A DNA stretch of 64,000 nt, from the sequence record SRR31156797_2307; one strand, given 5' to 3'. The notes under the pieces are model-generated. The model made no database searches, was not told the DNA's origin, and worked only from the letters and a program-made list of their open reading frames with translations. The translations under genes were made by a program, and so were the position numbers. Of this stretch, positions 30,397 to 40,800 are shown piece after piece. The stretch's first letter is position 1; the number at the start of each line of letters is the position of its first letter.

Positions 30397-33300
30397 ATGA
30401 ACGATAGTACCACTTCAAATACTATAGGATATAAAATAAACAAACCAACAGATCTTAAAATATACCCGGTTTCGCCACCTCAAAAAAGGTTGTGGTTCAA
30501 CGATCTTTTAAATGCCGAAAGTGAAGCTTACAATCTTCATCGAATATACAAGGTAAAGGGTAATCTTAAGATTGATTTGTTGGAGCAAAGTATTAATATT
30601 CTGTTTAGTAAGCAAAAATCATTTTTTACCATATTTCGCGAAAAAGCCGGAAAACTGTTCCAGGTTGTTTTGCCTCCCAATTATATTAAGTTGCAGGTAA
30701 CCGATTTGACCGATATGACATTCGAACAGGTTGTGGATCCTTCATCTCTCGTACTAAATGAAATTATTAGTACACAGTTCGATATTTCAAAATGGCCTAT
30801 TTTTCGTATTCGTTTATTAAGACTGAAAAACAATATATCACTATTTTGTTTTGTTCAGCATCATATTATTTCCGATTGGTGGTCAATAGGTTTGACATTC
30901 GGTCAGCTTTCAGAGATTTACAATACGTTAGAATCTGGCAGAGAATTTGAATATCCGGAATTGAAACTTCAATATTGCGATTTTTCTATAAAAAGAGATA
31001 TGGAGTTGAGCAATGGAATTTATGGTGAACAATTAGATTTCTGGAAAAATAAACTGAGACATTCATCGGATTTTAACTTTCCTTACGACTATAAGAGACT
31101 TGAGAATTCGAAACGAATAGGGCAACTGGTAAACAAAGAGGTACCGTCGGAAATTACACGAGCAATAAATAGTATCTGTAAGGAAGAAAACGTTTCGTTA
31201 TATGTGTTCCTATTATCAGCCTTTGGGGCATATATAAATAAGCTTACCGGAAGCAGAAAAATAAATATAGGATTACCAATCGCCAATAGAAATAATTCCG
31301 ACTTGGAAGATATTATTGGCTTTTTTGTTAACATTATTGTTGCACAGGTAAATGTAATGGAAAACGCCTCTTTTGCTGAATGTTTGCGCAGCGTTCGAAA
31401 AGAAATGTATAAGGGGTATGATAATCAGGATATTCCGTTTGATAAAATTGTTGAAGCAATAAATCCTTCGCGAAACAACAATAAAAATCCTCTGTTTCAG
31501 GTGTTTTTCAATATGTTGAATAAAAACGACAACGCATTTTCTTTAAACAATCTTGAAATTGAACGGATTAATTATGAGGTGAATATAAAATCATATTTCG
31601 ATTTTACTATTTATATTACTGACAAAACTGATACTATTCTGCTGACTTGTTTGTACGATACCGATTTAATGAAGCGTAGTACCGTTGAAAAAATGCTCGA
31701 TCAGTATGTGTTTATTTTATCGCAGATATCGCAAAATGTTAATGGACAAATTTCTGGTTTAACTTTAAGAAGTGAAGAAGATTACCAACTTTTACCCGAT
31801 CCTACAAAAAATATTGATCCATCGTTGGGTGGTTATAATTTGTTAGACCGTGTTTTCGAAAATAAAGGATTGAACATAGCACTTGTTTTTAATAACCAGG
31901 AATGGGATTATAATGCTATCGATGAGGTTTGCAATAAAATGGTTTCTTGTTTTAAATCATCGGGAATAAAACAGGGCGACCATGTAGCTATTTATGCTAC
32001 AAGAAGCGCGGTTTCAGTGATAGCCGTGCTCGCGGTTTTAAAGTTTGAATGTGTTTTTTGTATAATAGACCTTTCGGAACAACCAGTCGATAAAATAGTA
32101 GAACAAATTGATTGGAGCAATCCTCAGTCAGCTATTTATATTGAAACATCAGACAATGGTAATGCAACGAAATGGGAGGAGTTGAAACAAAAAACTGCTA
32201 TTAACATAGAATTGCCCGAAAGTAAAGATGAGTTGACTTCGTTTTTACAAGAATATAAATACGAAAATCATCCAAATATTAATAAGCCGGATAGCGAAAG
32301 TTACATACTTTTTACTTCGGGAACTACCGGAAAACCAAAAGCTGTTGTCGGAACCATGAGGCCTATTGCATGTTTCATCAGCAGGCATATAAAATCCTTT
32401 GATCTTAACAATAAATATAACTATGCTTTATTGTCGGGACTAACGCACGATCCTTTAATTCGCGATATATTTGTTCCGTTATGTGTTGGAGCAACTCTTT
32501 ATATTCCCGACAATGATTTACTGCGGTCACTAAAACTAGCCGAATGGCTTGAAAATTATAATATCAATACAATAAACATTACACCAGCATTAATTAGCGT
32601 TCTTACAAATGATACCGAACATGCTATAAAATGTGTAAAACATATTTTTTGCGGAGGCGACATACTCAGTATTGATATGGTAAAAAAACTAAAAACCAAA
32701 TTTCCAGATGCAAACATTATTAATTGCTATGGAGCTACTGAAACTCCTCAAATTATAAGTTATTTCACGATAACGGATGCTTTGTATGAAGATTTCGAAA
32801 AAAATAAGATTGGAAAAATATTGATAGGATCGGAAACCGAATCGACTCAATTAATTCTAGTAAATAATAATAAGCTTGCCGGAGTTGGCGAAATTGGCGA
32901 GATATGTGTGCGGAGTCCGTATTTGTCGAAAGGTTATCTAAAGCAAAAACATGAAACAAAAGAACGTTATATTACCAATGTTTTTACAGGAAACAGCAAC
33001 GATATTATATATAAAACGGGCGATTTGGGCAGGTATACTGTTGATGGAAATATTGAGTTTATTGGCAGGGCCGACTCGCAGGTGAAAATTAGAGGATACC
33101 GATTTGATATAAAAGAAATTGAATATATACTTAAACAACATACATTCATCGAAAGTGCCGTAGCAATTATAAAATCTGAATCCGGTAATGATGACAAGAA
33201 AATAGTAGCATATTATGTTTCCGACAGAAATATTTCGTCGCTTGAAATAAAGGGGTTTTTAAGAAGAAAATTACCCGAGTATATGATTCCTTCTTCGTTG

Positions 33301-33636
33301 TTCAGAATCGATTCTATTCCTGTAAATCGAAACGGAAAAATTAATTATGCAGAACTTAAGAAGCAGGAAGGGACAAACAATAAAGCCATTTCAAAAATGT
33401 ATCCACGCACCGATTTTGAAAAACAAATTGCGTATTATTGGATGCAAAGTATTGGATTAAAAAATGTTTCGCTAGTAGATAATTTCTTCGATATTGGCGG
33501 ACATTCATTAAAAGCGCTTGAGGTTATTTCTACAATAAAAAGCAATTTTGATATCGAAATTGTGTTTCGCGATTTTATCAATAATAATCTTGGGCAGTTT
33601 TGTAAAATGTGTGAAGAAAAATTAAGTATGAGGTAA
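30397..33636 (+). CDS. Single-module NRPS C-A-T with no thioesterase
   Basis: C domain HHIISDWWS; A domain FTSGTTGKPK, LSGLTHDPLIRD, YGATE, YKTGDLG, QVKIRG, LPEYMIP, NGK; T domain GGHSL. Confidence 0.93.
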   Translation: MNDSTTSNTIGYKINKPTDLKIYPVSPPQKRLWFNDLLNAESEAYNLHRIYKVKGNLKIDLLEQSINILFSKQKSFFTIFREKAGKLFQVVLPPNYIKLQVTDLTDMTFEQVVDPSSLVLNEIISTQFDISKWPIFRIRLLRLKNNISLFCFVQHHIISDWWSIGLTFGQLSEIYNTLESGREFEYPELKLQYCDFSIKRDMELSNGIYGEQLDFWKNKLRHSSDFNFPYDYKRLENSKRIGQLVNKEVPSEITRAINSICKEENVSLYVFLLSAFGAYINKLTGSRKINIGLPIANRNNSDLEDIIGFFVNIIVAQVNVMENASFAECLRSVRKEMYKGYDNQDIPFDKIVEAINPSRNNNKNPLFQVFFNMLNKNDNAFSLNNLEIERINYEVNIKSYFDFTIYITDKTDTILLTCLYDTDLMKRSTVEKMLDQYVFILSQISQNVNGQISGLTLRSEEDYQLLPDPTKNIDPSLGGYNLLDRVFENKGLNIALVFNNQEWDYNAIDEVCNKMVSCFKSSGIKQGDHVAIYATRSAVSVIAVLAVLKFECVFCIIDLSEQPVDKIVEQIDWSNPQSAIYIETSDNGNATKWEELKQKTAINIELPESKDELTSFLQEYKYENHPNINKPDSESYILFTSGTTGKPKAVVGTMRPIACFISRHIKSFDLNNKYNYALLSGLTHDPLIRDIFVPLCVGATLYIPDNDLLRSLKLAEWLENYNINTINITPALISVLTNDTEHAIKCVKHIFCGGDILSIDMVKKLKTKFPDANIINCYGATETPQIISYFTITDALYEDFEKNKIGKILIGSETESTQLILVNNNKLAGVGEIGEICVRSPYLSKGYLKQKHETKERYITNVFTGNSNDIIYKTGDLGRYTVDGNIEFIGRADSQVKIRGYRFDIKEIEYILKQHTFIESAVAIIKSESGNDDKKIVAYYVSDRNISSLEIKGFLRRKLPEYMIPSSLFRIDSIPVNRNGKINYAELKKQEGTNNKAISKMYPRTDFEKQIAYYWMQSIGLKNVSLVDNFFDIGGHSLKALEVISTIKSNFDIEIVFRDFINNNLGQFCKMCEEKLSMR

Positions 33637-34421
33637 TGGAACCATTATTTTTCAACGAGCATAATAATAGACTATTCGGGGTTTTTCATGAAGCCAAAGG
33701 CTATGATACGAATATTGGTATAATAATGTGTTACCCGTTAGGCTATGAATATCAAAGGTCGCATCGTACTTTTTATACATTGAGCGAACAACTGTCAAAC
33801 GAAGGTTTTGATGTTTTGCGTTTCGATTTTTCGGGTTGCGGCGATTCTGCTGGATATTTAAATGAAGCAAATCTAGATTTATGGATCAATGATATTGTTG
33901 CAGCTAAAGAAATGATGGAAAACAGCAAAGCCTATTCAAAAATTGTGCTTGTTGGAAATCGTATGGGGGCAACATTAGCTTTTATGGCTTCAAACAGTAG
34001 ACTAACAGATATTAAAAATATTGTATTGTGGGATCCAATTTTAAATGGGCATATATATCTTAATCAGTTACAAAATGCTCACGAAAAATGGTTAGTACAA
34101 TCGTTTTCGTTACATAATTCTAATGCAACAAATGAATTTATAGGTTATAAGGTAGAAGAACCTCTTCTTTCAGCAATAAAAAACATTAACCTGACCGATA
34201 CCGGGAAAATAAATATTCAAAAGGTGCTGTACATCGAAACAGGTCCGGATATTGAAGACAATATGTTTAAAAAATATCTTCAAAATAATATTGAAAAGTA
34301 TACATATTCACATTTACTCGGAAACCAAAATTGGGATAAAATGAAGGACGAAGATAACCAGTACATGGTTCAGCTTAACGTGGTTGAAAAAATAGTTGAT
34401 TGGATAAAGGAAGTGTTGTAG
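33636..34421 (+). CDS. Alpha/beta hydrolase-fold protein (GxRxG elbow, exosortase-associated hydrolase-2-like)
   Basis: LRFDFSGCGDSAG, VGNRMGA and LWDP motifs. Confidence 0.75.
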   Translation: MEPLFFNEHNNRLFGVFHEAKGYDTNIGIIMCYPLGYEYQRSHRTFYTLSEQLSNEGFDVLRFDFSGCGDSAGYLNEANLDLWINDIVAAKEMMENSKAYSKIVLVGNRMGATLAFMASNSRLTDIKNIVLWDPILNGHIYLNQLQNAHEKWLVQSFSLHNSNATNEFIGYKVEEPLLSAIKNINLTDTGKINIQKVLYIETGPDIEDNMFKKYLQNNIEKYTYSHLLGNQNWDKMKDEDNQYMVQLNVVEKIVDWIKEVL

Positions 34422-34443
34422 ACTAAATACTAGAACTGTTTTA

Positions 34444-35274
34444 ATGGAAGAAGTAATTGCTCAATTTGGGGAAACCCGTAACCTTCATGGTATAGTAACC
34501 CTGCCGGCTCAAAACGGCAATAATATCGGAGTAATATTAGTCAATGCGGGTTTTGTGCATAAGGTGGGGCCAAATAGGGTTTATGTTAAAATGGCCAGAG
34601 AACTTTCTAATATAGGCCATACAGTAATGCGTTTCGATTTTTCAGGTATTGGCGATAGTGAAGCTTCTAACGAAAGTAAAAGCGCGGTAAAAAGAAAAGA
34701 TGATGAAATAAAATCGTGCATAGATTACCTTGAACGGAATTATAATACCGAAGAATTTATTTTGGTAGGAATATGTTCCGGGGCCGACGCGGCATTTAAC
34801 TATGCAGGTTACAATGCCAGGGTTTGTGGCTATGTTTTAATAAATGGTTATCTGGTCGATGATGGCGATATGGGGTATGTGTACCAAAAAGCGCAGGTAA
34901 GTCTCCAAAAACGATATTACTCTCAGAGTGTTTATCAACCACAAAGAATCAAACGATTATTAACAGGAAAAAGCAATTATAAAGGCATTATAAAATCGCT
35001 GATAAAAACGAAACAAAAGGGGCAACAAATAAATATTGAAAAGTGGAAGGAAATAGAAAATAATAGTCAAATAAGCCTGCTGCTGATCTATTCGATGGGA
35101 AGTGTCTCATTTGATATTTACAACGATTTTTTAAGAAATAATATTGAAAAGAAAGAACATAAGTGTAAGGTTACGTGTGAGATTGCAAAAAATACCGATC
35201 ACCTTTTTACGCTTACAGAAAGTCAGAATTTTCTTATCAAAACAACCATTAATTATATTCATTCAATATTCTAA
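34444..35274 (+). CDS. Alpha/beta hydrolase-fold protein (GxCxG elbow, exosortase-associated hydrolase-1-like)
   Basis: NAGFVHKVGPNR, MRFDFSGIGDS, GICSGA and a C-terminal DHLF motif. Confidence 0.75.
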   Translation: MEEVIAQFGETRNLHGIVTLPAQNGNNIGVILVNAGFVHKVGPNRVYVKMARELSNIGHTVMRFDFSGIGDSEASNESKSAVKRKDDEIKSCIDYLERNYNTEEFILVGICSGADAAFNYAGYNARVCGYVLINGYLVDDGDMGYVYQKAQVSLQKRYYSQSVYQPQRIKRLLTGKSNYKGIIKSLIKTKQKGQQINIEKWKEIENNSQISLLLIYSMGSVSFDIYNDFLRNNIEKKEHKCKVTCEIAKNTDHLFTLTESQNFLIKTTINYIHSIF

Positions 35275-35305
35275 TTATTAATACACCCAGTAATACATAA
35301 TATTT

Positions 35306-37711
35306 ATGATAACAAATCATTTAAAAACTGTTTATAGAAATATAAAGAAAAACAAAGGATTGTCGTTCTTAAATACAATGGGATTGTCAATTGGTATTCT
35401 TTGTTTTATGATAATACTTTATTATTTTATTTCAGAGATAAGCTATGACAGGTTTTATAAAGATCAAGGCGATATATATCGTGTTGAAACTAAGATGTAT
35501 AGCCATGGAGAATTGCATAATCACTGGGCAACTTCGCCAGTAAGAATGGGAGAATCCCTTAAGCAAGAGTTTCCTGAAGTAATAAATAGTACTAAAATTT
35601 GTCGTACCAACGAGGCAACATTAATAAAATACGATGAGCGTACAATACGGGCAGATAAAATTTATTACGTCGATTCATGCTTCTTAAAAGTTTTTTCTTT
35701 CGAATTAAGCGAAGGAGATCCATTAACGGCATTAAAAAACCCAAATAGTGCAGTAATAACAACCAAATACGCAAAAAAAATATTTGGAAATGAGAATCCA
35801 ATGGGCAAAGTTATAGAATTGAGTAACCGTAACAAAAATAGTTACACTGCCACCATAACCGGGATAATAGAATATGTGCCAAAAAATACGCACTTAGATT
35901 TTGAGGTGTTGTCATCAGAAAAAAATTACTTCGATTTTACAGGTTCTTGGGTTCAAAATTGGCCAGTGCATGCAGCTTTTACTTTTATAAAAGTTAATCA
36001 TGGCACCGATGTTAAACAATTAGAACAGAAATTTAAAATTTTAGTTGACAAATACTTAGGTGATTTTGCTGAAAAAATGGGACGTAAATATGTGTATTAC
36101 CTTAAACCGTTGAACAGAATTCACCTTTATAGTAATTTAACGTATGACACTAAAAACGGAAGTGCATCGAATGTGTACCTGTTATTGGTTTCGGGTATTT
36201 TTATCTTTATTATTTCGTGGATAAACTATGTAAACCTTACTATTGCCCAATCGTTAGAAAGGGCTAAAGAAATTGCCATACGGAAATTTGCAGGTGGTTA
36301 CCGAATTAACATTATGAAACAGGCAATTATTGAAACATTACTTTATACATTAATACCTGTAATTATTTCTTTTGTAATCTACTTTTTGCTTTATCCGTTC
36401 ATTACTAAAATTATAGGAAGCAGTCTTGAACAATACTTTCCAACAATTTATTGGATTAGTATATTGTCTATAATTATTGTTACAGCGTTAATCGCATCAC
36501 TGTATCCAGCATACGTTATTTCATCGTATAAACCGGCCCTTGCTCTTAAAGGGAAAATGAATAAATCAAGCAATGGTATATTTTTCAGGAAATCTCTTAC
36601 GGTAGTGCAGTTTATCTCGGCCGGCTTACTTATTTTCAGTATTATAGCAATAAACAGGCAGATTAAGTTAATACAAAATACAAACGTTGGAGTTGATATT
36701 TCTAATATTTTAATAGTTGATTATCCTATACTCGAAAATGATTCCATTTCATATTCACGAAACCGGTTATTTAAAGACGAGTTAAAAAAATACACAGGTA
36801 TAGAAACCATATCCAGCTCGGCTTCATATCCCGGAAAAGAATTAATGAAATGGATATATAGGCTTAAAGACCAGAAAGATATAGAAAAAACATCGTATCC
36901 AACCTGTGAAATCGATTACGATTTTTTCAATATTTATAATCCGAAATTTTTGGCTGGAAGAAACTTTTCACTCGATTTTGGTGCTGATAGAAATGCAGCA
37001 ATTATTAGTAAGTCAGCTCTAAAATTGTTGGGTTTAAATACTCCGGAAGAGGCGATTGGAAAAATTATTGAGGGATCAGGCGAGCGGGAGATTATCGGTG
37101 TAATAGACGATTACCATCATTTATCTTTAAAAAACGGGTATTTGCCAATTATCTTTATAAATCAACCAGATCGGTTTTCGTCGTTTTCTATAAAAATTGA
37201 AAATGGAAATTTTAAAAAAACCTTACCATTAGTTCAAGAAAAATGGAAAGAAATATTTCCGGGAAATCCATTCAACTATAGTATTCAGGAAGAATATTAT
37301 GCAAGCCAGTATAAATCTGATTATATATTTGGTAAATTATTTCTCATTTTTACAATAATATCTATTATCATATCATGTATTGGGTTGTTTAGTTTATCGC
37401 ATTACGATACATCTTTACGGATTAAAGAGGTAGCAATTAGAAAATTACTTGGCTCACCTGTCCCCAAACTTTTTATTGTGCTAAGCAAAGATATTATGAA
37501 AATGAGTGTTTTTTCACTAACTATTTCAAGTTTAGTCGGCTATTTTTTGATTACTAGTTGGTTGCAGAATTTTCAATTTCAAACAAAACTTACCATTGAT
37601 CTTTTTATAATTCCATTTACACTGCTTATTGTTATTAATCTGCTTATAGTTAGTTACGATATATTAAAAGTTGCAACTGTAAAACCTGCTCGAATTATTA
37701 AAGATGAATAG
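35306..37711 (+). CDS. ABC transporter permease (MacB/FtsX-like, duplicated)
   Basis: N-terminal TM helix plus periplasmic domain, INYVNL...ERAKEIAIRK and a second R.KE.AIRK.LG repeat. Confidence 0.9.
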   Translation: MITNHLKTVYRNIKKNKGLSFLNTMGLSIGILCFMIILYYFISEISYDRFYKDQGDIYRVETKMYSHGELHNHWATSPVRMGESLKQEFPEVINSTKICRTNEATLIKYDERTIRADKIYYVDSCFLKVFSFELSEGDPLTALKNPNSAVITTKYAKKIFGNENPMGKVIELSNRNKNSYTATITGIIEYVPKNTHLDFEVLSSEKNYFDFTGSWVQNWPVHAAFTFIKVNHGTDVKQLEQKFKILVDKYLGDFAEKMGRKYVYYLKPLNRIHLYSNLTYDTKNGSASNVYLLLVSGIFIFIISWINYVNLTIAQSLERAKEIAIRKFAGGYRINIMKQAIIETLLYTLIPVIISFVIYFLLYPFITKIIGSSLEQYFPTIYWISILSIIIVTALIASLYPAYVISSYKPALALKGKMNKSSNGIFFRKSLTVVQFISAGLLIFSIIAINRQIKLIQNTNVGVDISNILIVDYPILENDSISYSRNRLFKDELKKYTGIETISSSASYPGKELMKWIYRLKDQKDIEKTSYPTCEIDYDFFNIYNPKFLAGRNFSLDFGADRNAAIISKSALKLLGLNTPEEAIGKIIEGSGEREIIGVIDDYHHLSLKNGYLPIIFINQPDRFSSFSIKIENGNFKKTLPLVQEKWKEIFPGNPFNYSIQEEYYASQYKSDYIFGKLFLIFTIISIIISCIGLFSLSHYDTSLRIKEVAIRKLLGSPVPKLFIVLSKDIMKMSVFSLTISSLVGYFLITSWLQNFQFQTKLTIDLFIIPFTLLIVINLLIVSYDILKVATVKPARIIKDE

Positions 37712-37751
37712 AATCTTTAAGTTATCTGACATTTTTAATCCTTGAGAAAAA

Positions 37752-39261
37752 ATGATTTATATTATTAATCCAGCAAGCCGAAAGCACAAGGAAGTAATGC
37801 ATACGTATGATCAGCCATCGTTGCGTTTACCCTATGGCTCTGCAGTATTAACAACATATTTGAAAAGTATTGGCCATGATGTTAAATTGATAGACCTGAG
37901 ACAAGAGGTCGATCAGAAAAGTGTACATAAGCTTACGGACAATGATTTTTTAGATTGGATAGATAACGACAATATGTCCAAGAATCTTAAAAACTATCTA
38001 TTGGAATGTGAAATCTACATTAATAATTTGGAATCAATTAAAATATTTGGGATATCAATTTTTTCATACATGGAATATGGAGTGGGCATTTCATTGGCCA
38101 AATATGTGAAAAGATTGTTCCCCGATATTACAATATGCATTGGTGGGCCACACATAACTATAAAAGAAATCCCCGATTTTGATTTTGTCGATTTTAGTAT
38201 TAGAGGTTTTGGTAATAAGCCTTTGGGACATATTGCCAATCATATATTAAAAAAGTAAAAAACTGGATGAGTCTTTTCCTAGATTAACCTTTCGCAACAA
38301 TGGCATCCGAATTAATAACAAACCCAATCTTGAAAAAGCAGATAATGAATTAATGCCCGATTTCTCAGATTTAGATATTACCAAATATGTTTATAAAAGA
38401 GAAAATCAGCCTGATATTTTAACAATTCCTTACAGAATTAATATAGGATGTTATAATTCGTGTTCATTTTGCGCGTTTAGGCTTGGTTATGGAATTAGTT
38501 ATAAGGATGTTAATAAAATAATTGAGGAAATGTCGGAGTTGAGTAAAATACACGAAAATGTATATTTTGCTTTTGCCGATTGCACGATAACCAATAACTT
38601 AGAATATATAAATGAATTATTGGATATTATTATATCCAATAAACTTAAGTTCAGTTGGCAAGCTTGTGCCAACATTGATAAATTGTCAAAGGACTTATTA
38701 GATAAGTTGTCAAAGCCTGGGTGTAGAAGTATTCATTGGGGACTTGAACATACAAGCTCAAAAATGCAACAGGTATTTAACAAAACATATGACCTTAAAA
38801 ATGCATTTAAAATGATTAAATATGCTTCATCTGTAAATATTCAAAACGAGATATCCTTTATTTTTAACGGGCCTACTGAAAATGTAAACGATTTAAAGAT
38901 ACAAACTAAAAGTATTAAAAAATTGCTGGGATATTCAACGGTTATTGTACGGAACTATTTTTTCAAATTAAATGAAAACACGTTGATGTATAGAAATCCA
39001 GAAAAATATGCCCTGAAAATATTGGATGAACCTTCACCTCTTGCCGAATCTATAAATTGGGCATCTAAAGACATGGGTGACCAGAAATTTCAAAAACGAT
39101 GTTTGAAGTATGATAAAACAAGGCAGCAACTAACAATTCTGAACGATATAGTTGTTAAAATGACAAAGAAATCAATGTATAAATTGATTCCTCTAACAAT
39201 GCCGCTTCTTTTTATAATAAGTAAACTGTATTTACGAACTTTAAAGAAAGATTACATGTAA
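37752..39261 (+). pseudogene. Cobalamin-binding radical SAM enzyme split by a +1 frameshift in the A-run at 38249-38254
   Basis: N-terminal B12-binding-like part (LPYGSAVL..YL, IGGPH); removing one A joins it via KSKKLDESFPRLTF...ADNEL to MPDFSDL and GCYNSCSFC. Confidence 0.8.
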
Positions 39262-39323
39262 AAAGAGATTGTGATACAAATCAACAATATTCAAACTCCG
39301 TTATTTAAAAATAAGTTTCGTTT

Positions 39324-40577
39324 TTGATGATTTTAATAATTAATTCTCCTGGCGATGTAAAGTTTGTCTTAACAGATCTGGAAAAAACATTGTTACCTTA
39401 TGGACCAGCTATTGTTACAAAAGCTTTAAGGGATAACGGATTCAAGGTTAAACTAGTTGAATTACGTTTGCAAATAAAAATTATTGAGCAAGATATAGAT
39501 TATAAAGAAACTATTAAATGGTTGTAAAAAGGTGTTAAGAGCCATAGTATTAAGAAGTACATTAATAATTGCTATACAAAGTTGCCTGATCTTAGTAAAA
39601 TTACTATGATCGGTCTATCAGCTCCTGGTGGCATAAACCTTAAGCATGCATTAATTCTAGCCAAAGCCATAAAACAAGATTATCCGGCTATGAAAATATG
39701 TGTAAGGGGTGCTGCTGTTACTTCTTCACATAACGGAGTGCCCGAATATATAGACTTTATGGTGAAGGGTCATGGCGGAAAAGCAATAGTTCATCTTGCT
39801 AATGATATAATTGAGAAAAAAGAATTGAATGAAAAATTATCTGGTATATGGTTTAATACCAAAGAGGGGCCAGTATTTAACGGTCTTAATAATGAAATTG
39901 CTGACGATGAATGTTTACCCGATTATGCTGATCTGGATTTAAACCATAATTTAAACACCGTAAAAACGTATGCATGGCAAAAAGGTGAGAAGATACTTTA
40001 TTCTATGTATAGAAAAAGTTTTGGGTGTCCGAGTAAATGCTCTTACTGTACCTATCGAATAATAGAAGATATTATTTTTAAGAATATTCCGAAGGTAATT
40101 GCAGAGTTAAGAGAAATTAGTACGTCCCATCCAAATGTGGTAATTAAATTTGTCGACTCAATGTTCAATATGAAACCCACCCATTATAACGAATTGCTTC
40201 AGGAAATAATTAACCAAAAAATTAAAATAAAATGGTGGGTATTGGCTTCAATTAAAGGTATGACCAAAAGATTGTTGGAGAAAATGGCCGAAGCCGGATG
40301 TGTATATGTTTTTTGGGGTGTTGAGCATTTTTCACATAAAATGCTTAAGGTTTATAATAAGTTGTATTTGAACGAGAATGTTAATGAATTGGTTGTATAC
40401 GCTACAAAGCTGGGCATGCATTCGGAGGTTTCGCTAATATTAAACGGACCGCACGAAAATATTGGTGATTTAAGAATTATGAAGAAGAATATTTTTAATT
40501 TATCAAAATTATAGAAAGATTACATTTTCACTGAATCAATTTGTTCTTTTAAAAGATTCATTTTTTTATCGCGATCA
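39324..40577 (+). pseudogene. Second cobalamin-binding radical SAM paralogue: in-frame stop at 39525-39527, frameshift near 40510, C-terminus deleted
   Basis: ORFs 39324..39527 and 39582..40514 share a frame and are separated only by TAA; GCPSKCSYC; the shifted frame from 40513 reads RKITFSLNQFVLLKDSFFYRD, aligning with STVIVRNYFFKLNENTLMYRN of the upstream paralogue. Confidence 0.8.
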
Positions 40578-40766
40578 AAATACAGTGTTGCTATTCTCAC
40601 CAGAGAGCTGACACCAACACTTACTGTTTCTGATGATGGAAGATATGTCGTGCTTGGTTTAGCTCATAAATATTTGTTCTATGACATGGAAAAAGACGAA
40701 GTACTCGATTGTATTATCCAGTTTGGTGAAAGAGGAAGGGGGCATGCAATTAATTTTTATAAATAA
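40578..40766 (+). pseudogene. Unannotated C-terminal remnant of a fourth His-rich propeller-family paralogue
   Basis: Translates as KYSVAILTRELTPTLTVSDDGRYVVLGLAHKYLFYDMEKDEVLDCIIQFGERGRGHAINFYK*, closely matching the C-terminus of 40801..42246. Confidence 0.9.
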
Positions 40767-40800
40767 AATTGCTTTCCAGTAATATCATAATGCTTTAAAT

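Noticed and set aside
39525-39527. Stop-codon readthrough or recoding in the second B12 radical SAM gene
   Set aside because: The codon is TAA, used as a normal stop throughout the window, and the same gene has further lesions; decay is the simpler explanation.
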